Shown here: piece by piece, positions 33,164 through 43,528 of the stretch | Numbering within the stretch: position 1 is the first letter of the stretch | Layout: the number at the start of each line of letters is the position of its first letter | Source of the DNA: Planctomycetota bacterium | GTDB taxonomy: Bacteria; Planctomycetota; UBA1135; UBA2386 | Assembly (NCBI GenBank): GCA_965223545.1 | Contig: OZ245006.1 | Coordinates: forward strand, 544,001 to 608,000 | DNA length: 64,000 nucleotides | Direction of reading: 5' to 3' | Program-made: the position numbers and the translations under genes | The notes under the pieces: model-generated | Databases searched by the model: none | What the model was told of the DNA's origin: nothing | What the model saw: the letters and a program-made list of their open reading frames with translations, nothing else

Positions 33164-34840
33164 CTGGTGTAGTGGGCGATTCGACTCGGCCTCTTCCGAC
33201 CCGCGCACGAGAATCGCAGCCCGCTGCCCCAGCAGATTGCCGACCTCCTGCTCCTCGTCGACGATGGCGCTGGCGCCGGCAGGTTCCAGAAGCTCGATGT
33301 GCATGTGGTAGCGGGATCGCACGACCACGGGAACGTCCGGGGCCTGGCACCGGATCGCCCGCACTACTCTCTCCGCGATCCAGGGGTCGGGCAGCGCCAC
33401 CACGACAACAGAGGCCGAGGCCACATGCAGGTGCTCGAGGACATCCGGATGCGCGCCGTCGCCGACGTGCGCATCAAAACCGTCGGTCCTCGCTTTCGCG
33501 GCAAGGTTGGGATTCAGGTCCAGGATCGAGATCGCAAGAGCGGCTTCGCGGAGCGCCAGCGCACACTTCTGTCCCGCCGGGCCATAGCCGATGAGAACCA
33601 CGTGACCCGAGGACAGTTGTCGCTGTGTCTCCGGCTCGGACGGGTTCAGCCTCACGATTCCGAGCCTGGCGAGTCGCTCTAGAATCCCATTCGCCAATTG
33701 CGGTGCCCCGGCGATCAAGTACGGGGTGACACAGAGAGTCACCATCATGGTCGACACGATCACCATGAAGAGCTCATCGTCGACGAGCGTCCCGCGCGAC
33801 GTCTCGGCGATCACGAAGGCGAACTCCCCTACCTGGGAGAGGCACAGGCCCGCGGCCAGCGATGACCTTGCACTCTGCCCCATGCAGAGAAGGGCGGCAA
33901 AGCAGACCAGTGCCTTGACGATGAGTACACCTGCCGCGACCGCGGCCGTGAGGCCGATGTTCGCACCGATCCACGCCGGGTCGGCAAGCATCCCAATCGA
34001 GCTGAAGAACACCGTCACGAGAAGGGTCCGCAGCACGGACAGGTCGGCTCGCACCTGAGTCGCGAATGGGGACTCGCCGAGAAGCATGCCCGCAATGAAC
34101 GCGCCGATGGCGGGAGACAACCCGAGCTCGTGCGCCGTGTAGATCGCACACAGAGCGCCTACCACCGCGAAGAGAACCGGCAGTTCGCGGTTCTTGAGCG
34201 AGGCGGTCGCGAGAAGAACGCGCGGCACGACGTGGTTGAAGGCCACGTAGAAGGCAGCGACCATCAGCAGAAGCATGACCGCCGTTCGGCCGAGCCCCCA
34301 GAACGCTGACAAGTCAGAACTGGGAGCGCCGAGAAAACTCGTGAGCAGGACGAGCGGAATGACGGCGAGATCTTGAAACAAGAGGATGCCGAGCGCGTGC
34401 CGTCCGTGCACGCTGTCCAGCTCGGAACGAGCCATCAGGACGCGCAAGACACCAGCAGTGCTGCTGAGCGCGAACGCGGATCCGATGACCACTGCCGTCG
34501 GGCCGGGAACGCCCACGGACGCTGCCACCAAGCCGATTGCGCCGAGCGTCAGGCCAACTTGGAGCGCACCGCCGCCGAGTGCCGTCGAACCCAGCGCCCG
34601 GAGCCGGCGCCACGAGAACTCAAGCCCGAGCGAGAAGAGGAGCAGGCACACGCCGACCTCGGCGAGCCCATCGACCTCCTTGCTCGATGAGATGACGTCG
34701 AGCGCATTCGGTCCGAGGAGCATCCCCGCAAGCAGGTAGCCCAGGAGGGCACTCTGTCGGAGACGTTCGCAGAGAGCGCCGAAGACGAAGGCGACGCCGA
34801 GAAGCACGCCCACGTCGAACAGGATCGGCCACAAGTCCAT
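33161..34840 (-). CDS. CPA2-family cation:proton antiporter with a TrkA-N (RCK) domain
   Basis: Many TM helices, LGYLLAGMLLGP, ALSSTA, GILLFQD, LSQVGEFAFV. C-terminal HVVLIGYGPAG...GDG. Confidence 0.93.
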   Translation of the reverse strand: MDLWPILFDVGVLLGVAFVFGALCERLRQSALLGYLLAGMLLGPNALDVISSSKEVDGLAEVGVCLLLFSLGLEFSWRRLRALGSTALGGGALQVGLTLGAIGLVAASVGVPGPTAVVIGSAFALSSTAGVLRVLMARSELDSVHGRHALGILLFQDLAVIPLVLLTSFLGAPSSDLSAFWGLGRTAVMLLLMVAAFYVAFNHVVPRVLLATASLKNRELPVLFAVVGALCAIYTAHELGLSPAIGAFIAGMLLGESPFATQVRADLSVLRTLLVTVFFSSIGMLADPAWIGANIGLTAAVAAGVLIVKALVCFAALLCMGQSARSSLAAGLCLSQVGEFAFVIAETSRGTLVDDELFMVIVSTMMVTLCVTPYLIAGAPQLANGILERLARLGIVRLNPSEPETQRQLSSGHVVLIGYGPAGQKCALALREAALAISILDLNPNLAAKARTDGFDAHVGDGAHPDVLEHLHVASASVVVVALPDPWIAERVVRAIRCQAPDVPVVVRSRYHMHIELLEPAGASAIVDEEQEVGNLLGQRAAILVRGSEEAESNRPLHQ

Positions 34841-34944
34841 CGAACGAAGTTATCATGCACCTTGGCGCGAATCCGCTGCGCGGTGGGCACTGTCGGACGG
34901 TGCTCGCGAGGGGGTGGCGATCGCCGAACGCTCCTGATCCGCAG

Positions 34945-37419
34945 TCAACGCTCGCGAAACGCAGCGAAGGCGCGGCGATGCCGCGCAAGCTCGCGGTCAC
35001 TCGACGCATCCACGGGCAGGGCCGAGAGCTCTTGTGCCACCTCCGTTCCGCGCGGGCCGTCGCCGTGCGCGTCCAAGGCGAGACCCAGCAGCTGCAGCAG
35101 CTTGCGTTGCATACCCAGGTAGCGCACGTCGCTGGGATAGGCCGCCAACGCCGCACCGTTGCTGCGCGCCCCGGCTTCGACGACGTCGATCAGCTCGTCG
35201 AGCTCCGCCGCGCCGCCGGCGAGCTGACCGACGAGCGCGGAGCCCAGCTCGTACGCCGCCTGGCCTCGCTTGTGCGCGGACTCGAGCACGTGCGGGAACT
35301 CGGTCAGCAGCTGCTCGAACGCGACGATCGCCTGGCGCAGCCGCACGATTCCGCGCGTCACCTCGCCCGCGGCCAGCTCGAGCTTGCCGGCGAGCAGGTG
35401 TCCGTCGGCGACGATCTCGGCGCCTTGCCTGCGCTCCGGGTGCGCCTCCGCCGCGCCGTGCCCGAGCCCGATCGCCTCTTCGACCAACGGCAGGGCTGAT
35501 TCGAATGAACCGGCGCGGGCGTGGAACAAGGCGCGCGTGGTGAGCGCCTTGGCGAGAGTCGGGGCGTTCTCGGGACCCTCCGGCCAACGCTCGACCAACT
35601 CGCGCGCCAGCGCCAAGGCGCCGTCGACGTTGGCGACCGCGTCGCGCATCGCACCATCCGGACCGAGCACGAGCTCGCCGAACTGCATGCGTTGCTCGGC
35701 AAGCCAACGCAGGTGCAGAGGCTCCTGCGGCTGCGCGACCCGCAACGCCACGAGCTCCATCTCGGCGCGGTGGAACCACCGCGCCGCCTCCTCGCGCCGG
35801 CCGGCCAACGCATGCAGAGGGTGCAACATGCAGCAGACCTTCGCATAGGAGGAGGCGAGATCCGGCTCCGCGTCGGCGGACCGCCGCAGCTGCTCGAGTG
35901 CGGTTGCGGCTTCTTCCAACTGCTCCCGCGCCTCGCCAATTCGGCCAATGGTAAACAGGCCCTGGCCGAACTCGACCTGACGGCGGGCAACGCGGACCTG
36001 CAGATCGCGGCTGTCCGGCCGGCGCGCCAGCAGCCGTTGCAACGCCTCCAGCGCATCGCCGCGGAAGCCGACCTCGATCTCGGTCGCGCGCGGCACGTTC
36101 GCCAAGTGCACCTCCGAGCCGCGCACCAACAACTGATCGACGGTATCGAGCGCATCGGCGAGATCCCGATGCGCCAGAAGGGTCTGCTGCCGCGCCTCGC
36201 GGAGACCGAGCCCCACGCCGACCAAAGCCATGGTCAGGCCCAGCAAGAGCGCGAAGCCGAGCGCGAAGCCGACGCGGTGCCGGCGGACGGCCTTGCAGAC
36301 CGCGTAGACCTTGCTCGGCGGAGCGGCGACCACCGGATCGCCGCGCAGGTGGCGGCGCAGGTCGTCGCCAAGCTCGGCGACCGAGCCGTAGCGCCGGTCC
36401 GGCTCCGGCGCGAGCGCGCGCAGCGCGATCCAATCGAGCTCGCCGTGCAGCCGGCGGCGCAGCAAATCGACCGTCGCGCGCCGACTCCGCGCGACTGCGG
36501 CGCCCGCGCCGGCGAGGCCGTGCACGCGCGCACTCGGCGACGGAGGCCCGGCGGCGTCGCGCAACGGCGTGGCGCAGTCGGCAGGCAGCTGGCCGGTGAA
36601 CAACTCGTAGAGCACGACGCCCAACGAGTACACGTCGCTCCGCGTGTCGATGCCGGCCGCACCTTGCCCGGCCTGCTCGGGGCTCATGTACGCCGGTGTG
36701 CCGATGATCTCGCCGACCTCCGTATGCACTGCCCTCTGTTGCGCGCTGTCGTCGACCGCCTTGGCCACGCCGAAGTCGATCACCACGGGAACCGCCGTGC
36801 CGTCCCGCTCCCCCACGAGGATGTTCGACGGCTTGAGATCGCGGTGGATCAGGCCGCGCCGGTGCGCGTGCTGCACGGCATCGCAGACCGGCAGGAGCAG
36901 CTCGATGCGCCGCTCGATGCTCAGCTGGTGCGCGTCGGCGTAGACGGTGATCGGCTCGCCTTCGACCAACTCCATCGCGAAGAACGGACGACCGTCGGGA
37001 ACGATCCCCGCGTCGAAGATCGTGGCAACGTGCGGATGGCTCAAGCGGGCGAGCGCCTCTCGCTCGGACTCGAAACGGGCCAGCAGACCCTCGGTGTCCA
37101 TCCCCCGCTTGATCAACTTCAGCGCGACGCGCCGCTGCACCGGCCGCTGCTGCTCGGCGAGCCACACCGTGCCCATGCCCCCGGTGCCGAGCCGTTCGAG
37201 GATGCGATACGGGCCAAACGACTCGAGCGTGTCGAGCGGTCCATCGGCGCCGACCAACCCGATGCCGCGCAGCCGCTCGAGCCGCTCGCGCACGGCCTCG
37301 GCGAGCTGCGGCTCGTCGGCGCAGACCACGGACACCGGATCCGGAGCGCCGCGCTCGAGCTCTTCGACGCACTGCGCCACGAGCCGTTGGATTCGGTCTG
37401 CTGATGGCGATCCGGCCAT
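34945..37419 (-). CDS. Ser/Thr protein kinase with a TM segment and a TPR-like helical C-terminus
   Basis: LGTGGMGTVW, VALKLIK, HRDLKPSNI, IDFGVAK, GTPAYMSPE, DVYSLG. TM GFALGFALLLGLTMALVGVGLGL. Confidence 0.93.
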   Translation of the reverse strand: MAGSPSADRIQRLVAQCVEELERGAPDPVSVVCADEPQLAEAVRERLERLRGIGLVGADGPLDTLESFGPYRILERLGTGGMGTVWLAEQQRPVQRRVALKLIKRGMDTEGLLARFESEREALARLSHPHVATIFDAGIVPDGRPFFAMELVEGEPITVYADAHQLSIERRIELLLPVCDAVQHAHRRGLIHRDLKPSNILVGERDGTAVPVVIDFGVAKAVDDSAQQRAVHTEVGEIIGTPAYMSPEQAGQGAAGIDTRSDVYSLGVVLYELFTGQLPADCATPLRDAAGPPSPSARVHGLAGAGAAVARSRRATVDLLRRRLHGELDWIALRALAPEPDRRYGSVAELGDDLRRHLRGDPVVAAPPSKVYAVCKAVRRHRVGFALGFALLLGLTMALVGVGLGLREARQQTLLAHRDLADALDTVDQLLVRGSEVHLANVPRATEIEVGFRGDALEALQRLLARRPDSRDLQVRVARRQVEFGQGLFTIGRIGEAREQLEEAATALEQLRRSADAEPDLASSYAKVCCMLHPLHALAGRREEAARWFHRAEMELVALRVAQPQEPLHLRWLAEQRMQFGELVLGPDGAMRDAVANVDGALALARELVERWPEGPENAPTLAKALTTRALFHARAGSFESALPLVEEAIGLGHGAAEAHPERRQGAEIVADGHLLAGKLELAAGEVTRGIVRLRQAIVAFEQLLTEFPHVLESAHKRGQAAYELGSALVGQLAGGAAELDELIDVVEAGARSNGAALAAYPSDVRYLGMQRKLLQLLGLALDAHGDGPRGTEVAQELSALPVDASSDRELARHRRAFAAFRER

Positions 37420-37899
37420 GGTCGGGTGGCGACGACTTGGCGTCGCCCAGCCCATTGTGCCGCCACGAGAGCTCCCGCACGAGCCTCCCTACGGGCGGGG
37501 GGACGAGCTCGGATTCCGTGAATCCGCGAACATCGCCCCGCGGCGTGTCGCTCTTCCCTCTTGGCAACCACCGGCACGTGCCCGGAGTCACCGCATGCTA
37601 CGCAGTTCCATTCGCTCTCGTGCTTGCCGTCCGCGCGTGCCGGACAACTCCGACCCAGCTGTTCTCGGCCACCCCCGTGTCGTCGACGCCGGTGATCGCC
37701 GACGTCGCCTACGACGCGACGCATGACGTCTACCGGGTCGCCTGGCAAGAGGGCGGGTCCGGCCGAATCCCGAGCGCCAGGCGGAGATTGCCGATCGCAT
37801 GAACCGGAGCGCAGGCTCGGTCCGCAACCCTGCCAGCCGCGCCAGCCTGGCCCTGCTGGCACGGCTGGAGGGCGGCGCGTGAGCCGCCCCCCGTCCAGC

Positions 37900-39462
37900 T
37901 CACTGGATCGTGAACTGAACGCTCGGGCTGAACTTCTTCACCTGGAAGTTGTAGCTCGGGTTGAGGGTGATGCCGGCGGTTGCCAGGTTGATGCCGACCA
38001 GGGCCGGCACGTTCGGGATGAACAGGCTGGCGACGCCGGTTTCGTTCGCTGGCAACGTGCCGATGTTGCCGGGGATCACGCCGGGGATCGCCGAGGTCGC
38101 CAGGATGTTGTCGTTCCGCAGCGCGATCTGGCGGGCGCCGATCACGATCGGCGGCGAGACGCCACCGGACACGGCGATCCAGTAGCCATCGCCCGCATCG
38201 CCCGGACTGTTGTACGAGAGCGTCGTGGTGGTGCCGATCTGGCCGGTGCCCTGCAGAGTGAGCGACGACGGCTGCACCCCGATCGGGGTCAGCTCGAAGT
38301 CGACCACGATCGTGCTGTTGTAGGACGGCGTGCTCACCGTGCGCGTCGCGGTCTGGTAGCCGGGCGCGCTGCACTGCAGCGTGTAGTTCTGGTTCTGCGG
38401 CAGGAACGTCACGTAGCGACCGTCGCGCGGGCGGCTCTCCGCGTACTCGCCGTGGTTGAAGATGCTCTGCGTCACGGTGATCCGCGCCTCGAGCGGCTGC
38501 CCGGTGATCGACTGCACCTTGCCGCGGATCGACGGGGCCCAGGTGGTGAGCACGCGCCGCAGGCCGGGCCAAACGCGCGCCTCCTCATTCACCGTGCTGT
38601 TCCATGTGGGCTGGAACGACCCACCGACCTCGACCAACAAGCCCATCGCGCCCCCCTGACCCCAGTGGTTGGTCGGCGCCTCTCCGGAGGCGGACATGGT
38701 GCGCGTGGCGTAGTTCATCGGGTTGCGCAGGTTGTTGATGAAGAAGTTCGTCATGTTGCGCACTGGCGAAGACAGCGTCAGGCAAGACGGTCCCATCGAC
38801 AGCACCTCGCGGCCAAAGCTGTGGAAGTCGATGTACACGTCCGGCCGCACGAAGCGCATCAGCGCGAGCATGCACTTCGTCTCCGGCTCGCTGCCGGCGG
38901 AGGGGCCGCGGTAGGTGTCCGAGCTGGTCCTGGTCGACGCACCGCAGCGCCCCCACAGGAACGGGAAGTTGCGGTTCAGGTCGACACCGAAGGTGCCGTT
39001 GCCGTTGTTGCGCCGGTTCTTGCGCCAGCTGTTGTTGGTCGACCAGCAGTAGTCGACCCCGTCGGGGTTGGCGCACGGCACGAAGTACAGCTCGTTGTTG
39101 TCCACGGCCGCCGTCAACGCCGGGTCCACGCCGTAGGCACTCGCCACGCGGCGCATCGCGCCGACGACCATGTGCGGCGCGTTGAACTCGCGCGCGTGGT
39201 GCTGCGCGGCGAACACCATCGCCGGCTCCTCCTCCTCGACGGCGACGTTGTCGGACAGCTTCAGCGCCCAGAGACGGTTGCCGTTGTGAGTGAGCGTGCC
39301 GCCCGGCAGCTTGGTCAGGTCGACCTTCTTCGCGATCGCCGGATTGCTGGTGACGATGGCATCGATCTCCTGCTCGATCTCCGCCGACGTGTAGTAGTTG
39401 GTGCTCTGGCACGGCAGAGCTGCTGCAATCACGAGGAGAGTCGGGATGGCTTGTGTGCGCAT
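37900..39462 (-). CDS. Secreted M14 zinc carboxypeptidase with a C-terminal beta-rich domain
   Basis: Signal peptide MRTQAIPTLLVIAAALPCQ; HHARE, NPDG, WRKNR, GVDLNRNF, SEPET, DFHS. Confidence 0.92.
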   Translation of the reverse strand: MRTQAIPTLLVIAAALPCQSTNYYTSAEIEQEIDAIVTSNPAIAKKVDLTKLPGGTLTHNGNRLWALKLSDNVAVEEEEPAMVFAAQHHAREFNAPHMVVGAMRRVASAYGVDPALTAAVDNNELYFVPCANPDGVDYCWSTNNSWRKNRRNNGNGTFGVDLNRNFPFLWGRCGASTRTSSDTYRGPSAGSEPETKCMLALMRFVRPDVYIDFHSFGREVLSMGPSCLTLSSPVRNMTNFFINNLRNPMNYATRTMSASGEAPTNHWGQGGAMGLLVEVGGSFQPTWNSTVNEEARVWPGLRRVLTTWAPSIRGKVQSITGQPLEARITVTQSIFNHGEYAESRPRDGRYVTFLPQNQNYTLQCSAPGYQTATRTVSTPSYNSTIVVDFELTPIGVQPSSLTLQGTGQIGTTTTLSYNSPGDAGDGYWIAVSGGVSPPIVIGARQIALRNDNILATSAIPGVIPGNIGTLPANETGVASLFIPNVPALVGINLATAGITLNPSYNFQVKKFSPSVQFTIQ

Positions 39463-39574
39463 GGTTGCTTCGAGGATCCGCAGAGGAGGGCAGGCGCGTG
39501 GATTGTGGCCGCTGGGAGAGCCGCAGGAAAGCCCTTGGCTTGTCTCTCCACGCAAAGGGTTGGAGAAACCCTGA

Positions 39575-41923
39575 CTACCGGAGCAAGAAGGCCCGCTCCT
39601 CTTCCGGCAACAGCGCCCGCGGTCGAAGCCGCTGCGAAAACGCCACGGCATCGAGCGGCCACCACGCCAACTCGCCGTCGGAGGTCGCGGTCACGACGGT
39701 GCGTCGTGCCGGGTCCACGGCCGCGCTCGCCAACTCGAAGCCGACATCGGTGCGGATTATCTCCAACCCCGCGCCAACCGAAACCACCCGCACGACCCCA
39801 TCTGCGGCGCCGCACAGCACCGTGCTGCCGTCGTCGAGCAACGCCAGAGCGTTGACGGACTGTCGGGTGGCGCTCGCCAAGCGGCATCGCTCCTCGCCGG
39901 TCTTGCTGTCCCATACGGCGACATCGCCGCGGATCGAGCCAGCCGCGATCACACCGCCGCTCGCCGCCAGCGCGACGGCAGCGCCGCCGAGATCGAGCTC
40001 GAGGACGGGCATCCCTCCGGTCGCCGCCTCGTACAACCGCACTCCCCCGTCGAGGCTCGCAATCGCCACCCGGGTTCCCGCGTCGATGAACATCCCAACC
40101 GTGAGCCGCTCGCGATGCCCGCGGTAGCTGGCGAGCCGCTCTCCATCCGACGCGCCAAAGAGGTAGGCGTCGGCGCCGGCGGTGGTGACCAAGACGCTCG
40201 ATCCGCTGGGGTGGAAGGCCGCGTCGACCACGCCGCCGGGGGCTCGCCAATGCGCGACGCGTGCTCCGGTCGCCGGATCCCAGACGCAGAGGACACCGTC
40301 CAGCGAGCCGGTCACCACTCGATCTCCGGCAGCGGAGAACGCCGCCACGCCGATCGCCACGCGGTGCGCTCCGGTCAGCGCGATGCGCCGCGGCGAACCT
40401 CGAAGCCCGCTCCACACCGCCGCGCCGCCGCGCTCGTCGCCGACGACCACGCGGCCCGAACCGTCAGTCGCGACTCCCACCGCGGTCGGCGGCGCCGCGT
40501 CCCCGTCGCTTGCCAACACGCGCCACGAGTCGAACCCATGCGCGCTCTGCAGCGCCGTGTGCAGCTGGCCGTCGCCGTCCACCGCCGCCACCCGTCCCGT
40601 GGATTCGTCGACCGCCACCACCACCGCCGGCGTCAACCCCGAGGGCACCAGTGAGTGCGTCCGCAGCGCTTTGCCTGGGTGACGCCGCCAGCTGCGCACG
40701 GTGCCGTCGCGGCCGGCCGAGGCGAGGCGTTCCCCGCCGATGAACCAGGCGAGTCCGCTGGCATAGCCGCGGTGGCCGAGGAGCACGGCTCGCCGCGCAC
40801 CGTCGAAGTCGACCAGTTCGACCTCCCCGTCCGCTCTTGCCAGCGCCACGATTGGCTCTTGCGGGGCGAGCGACGCGCTCAAGGCCGAGCCGAGCCGCAC
40901 GACCCGATCCGGCTCCGTCGTGGACTGGAGCGTGTACACGCGGCCGAACTGACCGCGCACGCCGACGAGCAGCCGGCGTCGGTCTCGTGCGAACTCGAGC
41001 TGCTGCACCGGCGCGGACGCGCGCAGCTGCAAGAGCCGGTCGCCATCGCGCACCGACCAGACCAGGATCTCACCGTCCTCGGCCCCCGTCGCGAGCCACG
41101 TTCCATCCGCGGAGAACACCGCCGCGGTGATCCCGCGCTCGTGCCCAACCAGCTCGTGCACGAGCCGGCCGTCGACGTCGGTCAAGCGCGCCGTGCGATC
41201 CGCCGAGTACGACAGCAGCCGCATCCCGTCGGGAGCGAAGCACACCCCGTGGACGGGCCCCGCATGGCCATCGATCTCCTCGTGCTCGCTGCCGTCGGCG
41301 GCGCTCCACACGCCAACCCCACCGCCGCGCAAGGGCGCGGCGACCCACTGTCCATCGATGCTGAACACCGGCCGGCCGCCACCCACGAGCGTCGCGAGCC
41401 GCCGGCTCGCCTGGACATCCCAAAGCTGCGCGCCGGTCCACCCGTCCGCCGACTGCGTCAGCAGCCGCGACCCGGCGCGACCGAACGCGAGGTGCTGCAG
41501 CCGCCCGCCTGGCTCGAGCGTCCACACCGGCGCGCCATCCGCGCCAAACAGGTTGACGACTCCATCCTCGCCGCCGCTCGCGCACGCCCCGTCCGCCGCG
41601 AACGCGACGCAGGTCGCGCCGCCTTCGTGCCGACCGAGCACGGCGACCTCGTGCAACGCGTCGGCGATGCGCAGCAAGGCGTGGTGGACGCGAGGCTGCA
41701 CCGCACTCAAGTCCGATTGGGCGGCGACGCGGCGGGCGGCCGCCAGCGCGACCGACAGCGCTTGACCCGGATCGTGCTCGGCGGCGAGCTGCGCCTCGGC
41801 CAGCAGGCGGCGCACGTCCAGGAGAGCCGGGTCTGGCTGTGCACGGACGGGCTCCGCGGCAGCCAGCATGCAAGCGAACAGCGCGGGCCAAGCGGTCGAC
41901 GGTACGGGCGGACGAGCGAGCAT
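39575..41923 (-). CDS. WD40-repeat protein with a signal-like N-terminus
   Basis: Repeated GH...V..V.F..DG..L.S.S.D.T...W units. N-terminus WPALFACMLAAAEPVRAQ. Confidence 0.88.
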   Translation of the reverse strand: MLARPPVPSTAWPALFACMLAAAEPVRAQPDPALLDVRRLLAEAQLAAEHDPGQALSVALAAARRVAAQSDLSAVQPRVHHALLRIADALHEVAVLGRHEGGATCVAFAADGACASGGEDGVVNLFGADGAPVWTLEPGGRLQHLAFGRAGSRLLTQSADGWTGAQLWDVQASRRLATLVGGGRPVFSIDGQWVAAPLRGGGVGVWSAADGSEHEEIDGHAGPVHGVCFAPDGMRLLSYSADRTARLTDVDGRLVHELVGHERGITAAVFSADGTWLATGAEDGEILVWSVRDGDRLLQLRASAPVQQLEFARDRRRLLVGVRGQFGRVYTLQSTTEPDRVVRLGSALSASLAPQEPIVALARADGEVELVDFDGARRAVLLGHRGYASGLAWFIGGERLASAGRDGTVRSWRRHPGKALRTHSLVPSGLTPAVVVAVDESTGRVAAVDGDGQLHTALQSAHGFDSWRVLASDGDAAPPTAVGVATDGSGRVVVGDERGGAAVWSGLRGSPRRIALTGAHRVAIGVAAFSAAGDRVVTGSLDGVLCVWDPATGARVAHWRAPGGVVDAAFHPSGSSVLVTTAGADAYLFGASDGERLASYRGHRERLTVGMFIDAGTRVAIASLDGGVRLYEAATGGMPVLELDLGGAAVALAASGGVIAAGSIRGDVAVWDSKTGEERCRLASATRQSVNALALLDDGSTVLCGAADGVVRVVSVGAGLEIIRTDVGFELASAAVDPARRTVVTATSDGELAWWPLDAVAFSQRLRPRALLPEEERAFLLR

Positions 41924-41968
41924 GTCGCGATGCTACCGGGGCGCATGCGCGATCGGCGTCGCGCCTCG

Positions 41969-43429
41969 CTACCGGCTGGGATCCGCCGTGAAGACCCGCG
42001 GATCGCCCCGGCCGGTGTAGACGATCTCATGGCCTGCACCAGCCGATGCTTCGCGAAACACCAGACGCTTGCCCGTGGCGCTCCAGAACTCACCTGGCGC
42101 CTTGCAGAACAGCCGCATCGGCTCGCCGTCGTCCTTGCTGTAGACGAGATGGCCGTCATCGAGCTGCACCGAGATCTTCTCCTCTGGGCACAAGTAATCT
42201 CCGGCGTAGCTGGCCAGATGGTCGGGATCGAGCTCGTGCTCGACTGCGGGAGCGATCTTCAGCCCGCGCTTCTCGAGCGCGGCGCGCGCGTTGGCCTGCC
42301 AGGGGTTGGCGTCGATCGCCATCCGGTAGAACGCGACCGTCAGCTCGTCACGCGTCTCGTCGCGCGGCTTCTCCCCGTCCACAGCCTCCTCGAGCGCTCT
42401 CCCCGCGAACATCGCCGCCAACTCGGGGGGCAGGCCGAGCTCCGCGAGCCCGCTCTCGCCCAAGAACTTCTTGGCGGCGGCGGCCTCGTTGCGCTCCACC
42501 ATCATGAAGATCGCGTTGAGGATCGGGTCGTAACCCGGCTCGTAGTCGTATCGGTAGCGCGACCGGGCGCGCGCGACGCGCGCCACCGCGGCGTCCCAGG
42601 TCCCCGCGAGGGCGGCGTCGGCCGCGTCCTCGAGCTGCCAGTCCTCGAACAAGAACAGGAAGCCATCGCGCGTCGACAGATGCGGCACCGAGCCGTGCGT
42701 CTCTTGGCTCATGTGATGAAACTTCCAGCGCAGACCCTGCGGCGGGGAGACGTCGAACAGACCGGCAGTCCGGTAGCAAGCGCCGACGAGGCCGTTCTCG
42801 TTCGCGGCCGTCATGTAGAGCGCGCTGTCGACCGTCGGATCCGTCGCCAACCACGCCTCGATCTGCGCCGCTTCGTGCTGGTCGTCCCACTGCAGGCTCG
42901 GGCTGATCGCGATCAACCCGCTGAAGAAGTCCGAGCGCGTGCGCAGCGCGTGGAGGGCGACGAGCCCACCGAGCGAATGCCCGATCATCAGCCGCACCGG
43001 CCGCGTGCGGTAGTTGTCGTCGACCCACGGCGTCAACTCGTCGCAGATGAACTTCAGGAAGTTGCCGGTGCCGCCCTGCGTCGGCATCGGCACGCTCTTG
43101 TCGACCGTCGGCGTCATATCGCGCATACGGTCGGTGTTGGTGATGCCGACGATGATCAGCTCCGGCATCAGCTCGTTGCGGGCGAGAAACTGCGCCGTGC
43201 CGGCCGTGTGCAGCATGTGTGCATCACCGTCCAGCAGAAACAGCACCGGATAGCGATCTTCCGAGGACTCGTAGCGGCGCGGCAGGTGCACCCAGACCTT
43301 GCGGTCCTCGCCGATGGCGTCGCTGTGGACGACGTGGCGGGTCGCGACGACCATTTTGTCGCGGTCGGGCTGTGCCGGGATCGGCAGGAGGAGCAGGGAC
43401 AGGACGGTGAAGGGTCGTGCGAAGCGCAT
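41969..43429 (-). CDS. Secreted alpha/beta-hydrolase esterase (IroE/Fes-like) with a C-terminal extension
   Basis: YPVLFLLDG, RMRDMTP, GHSLGG nucleophile elbow, ETHGS. Signal peptide. Confidence 0.87.
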   Translation of the reverse strand: MRFARPFTVLSLLLLPIPAQPDRDKMVVATRHVVHSDAIGEDRKVWVHLPRRYESSEDRYPVLFLLDGDAHMLHTAGTAQFLARNELMPELIIVGITNTDRMRDMTPTVDKSVPMPTQGGTGNFLKFICDELTPWVDDNYRTRPVRLMIGHSLGGLVALHALRTRSDFFSGLIAISPSLQWDDQHEAAQIEAWLATDPTVDSALYMTAANENGLVGACYRTAGLFDVSPPQGLRWKFHHMSQETHGSVPHLSTRDGFLFLFEDWQLEDAADAALAGTWDAAVARVARARSRYRYDYEPGYDPILNAIFMMVERNEAAAAKKFLGESGLAELGLPPELAAMFAGRALEEAVDGEKPRDETRDELTVAFYRMAIDANPWQANARAALEKRGLKIAPAVEHELDPDHLASYAGDYLCPEEKISVQLDDGHLVYSKDDGEPMRLFCKAPGEFWSATGKRLVFREASAGAGHEIVYTGRGDPRVFTADPSR

Positions 43430-43528
43430 TTGGCTCGGTAGCGAGAGATCAGTGCGGCGTGCACCAGGGTTTCTCGGCCCGCGCCCAAATCGTAGAGCGG
43501 GCAGCCCCCTACCGGGCGCCTTCCACCA

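Noticed and set aside
37590..37800. Fragment resembling the start of a secreted protein (ADVAYDATHDVYRVAWQEG)
   Set aside because: Too short, with no in-frame start; it cannot be called without a homology search.
34997..43441. Very long alternative-frame and antisense ORFs (e.g. 34997-37591, 37723-39855, 40655-43441; likewise 10371-12245, 58962-61271)
   Set aside because: These are Arg/Pro/Ala-rich shadow ORFs expected in high-GC DNA. They overlap genes with clear motifs.
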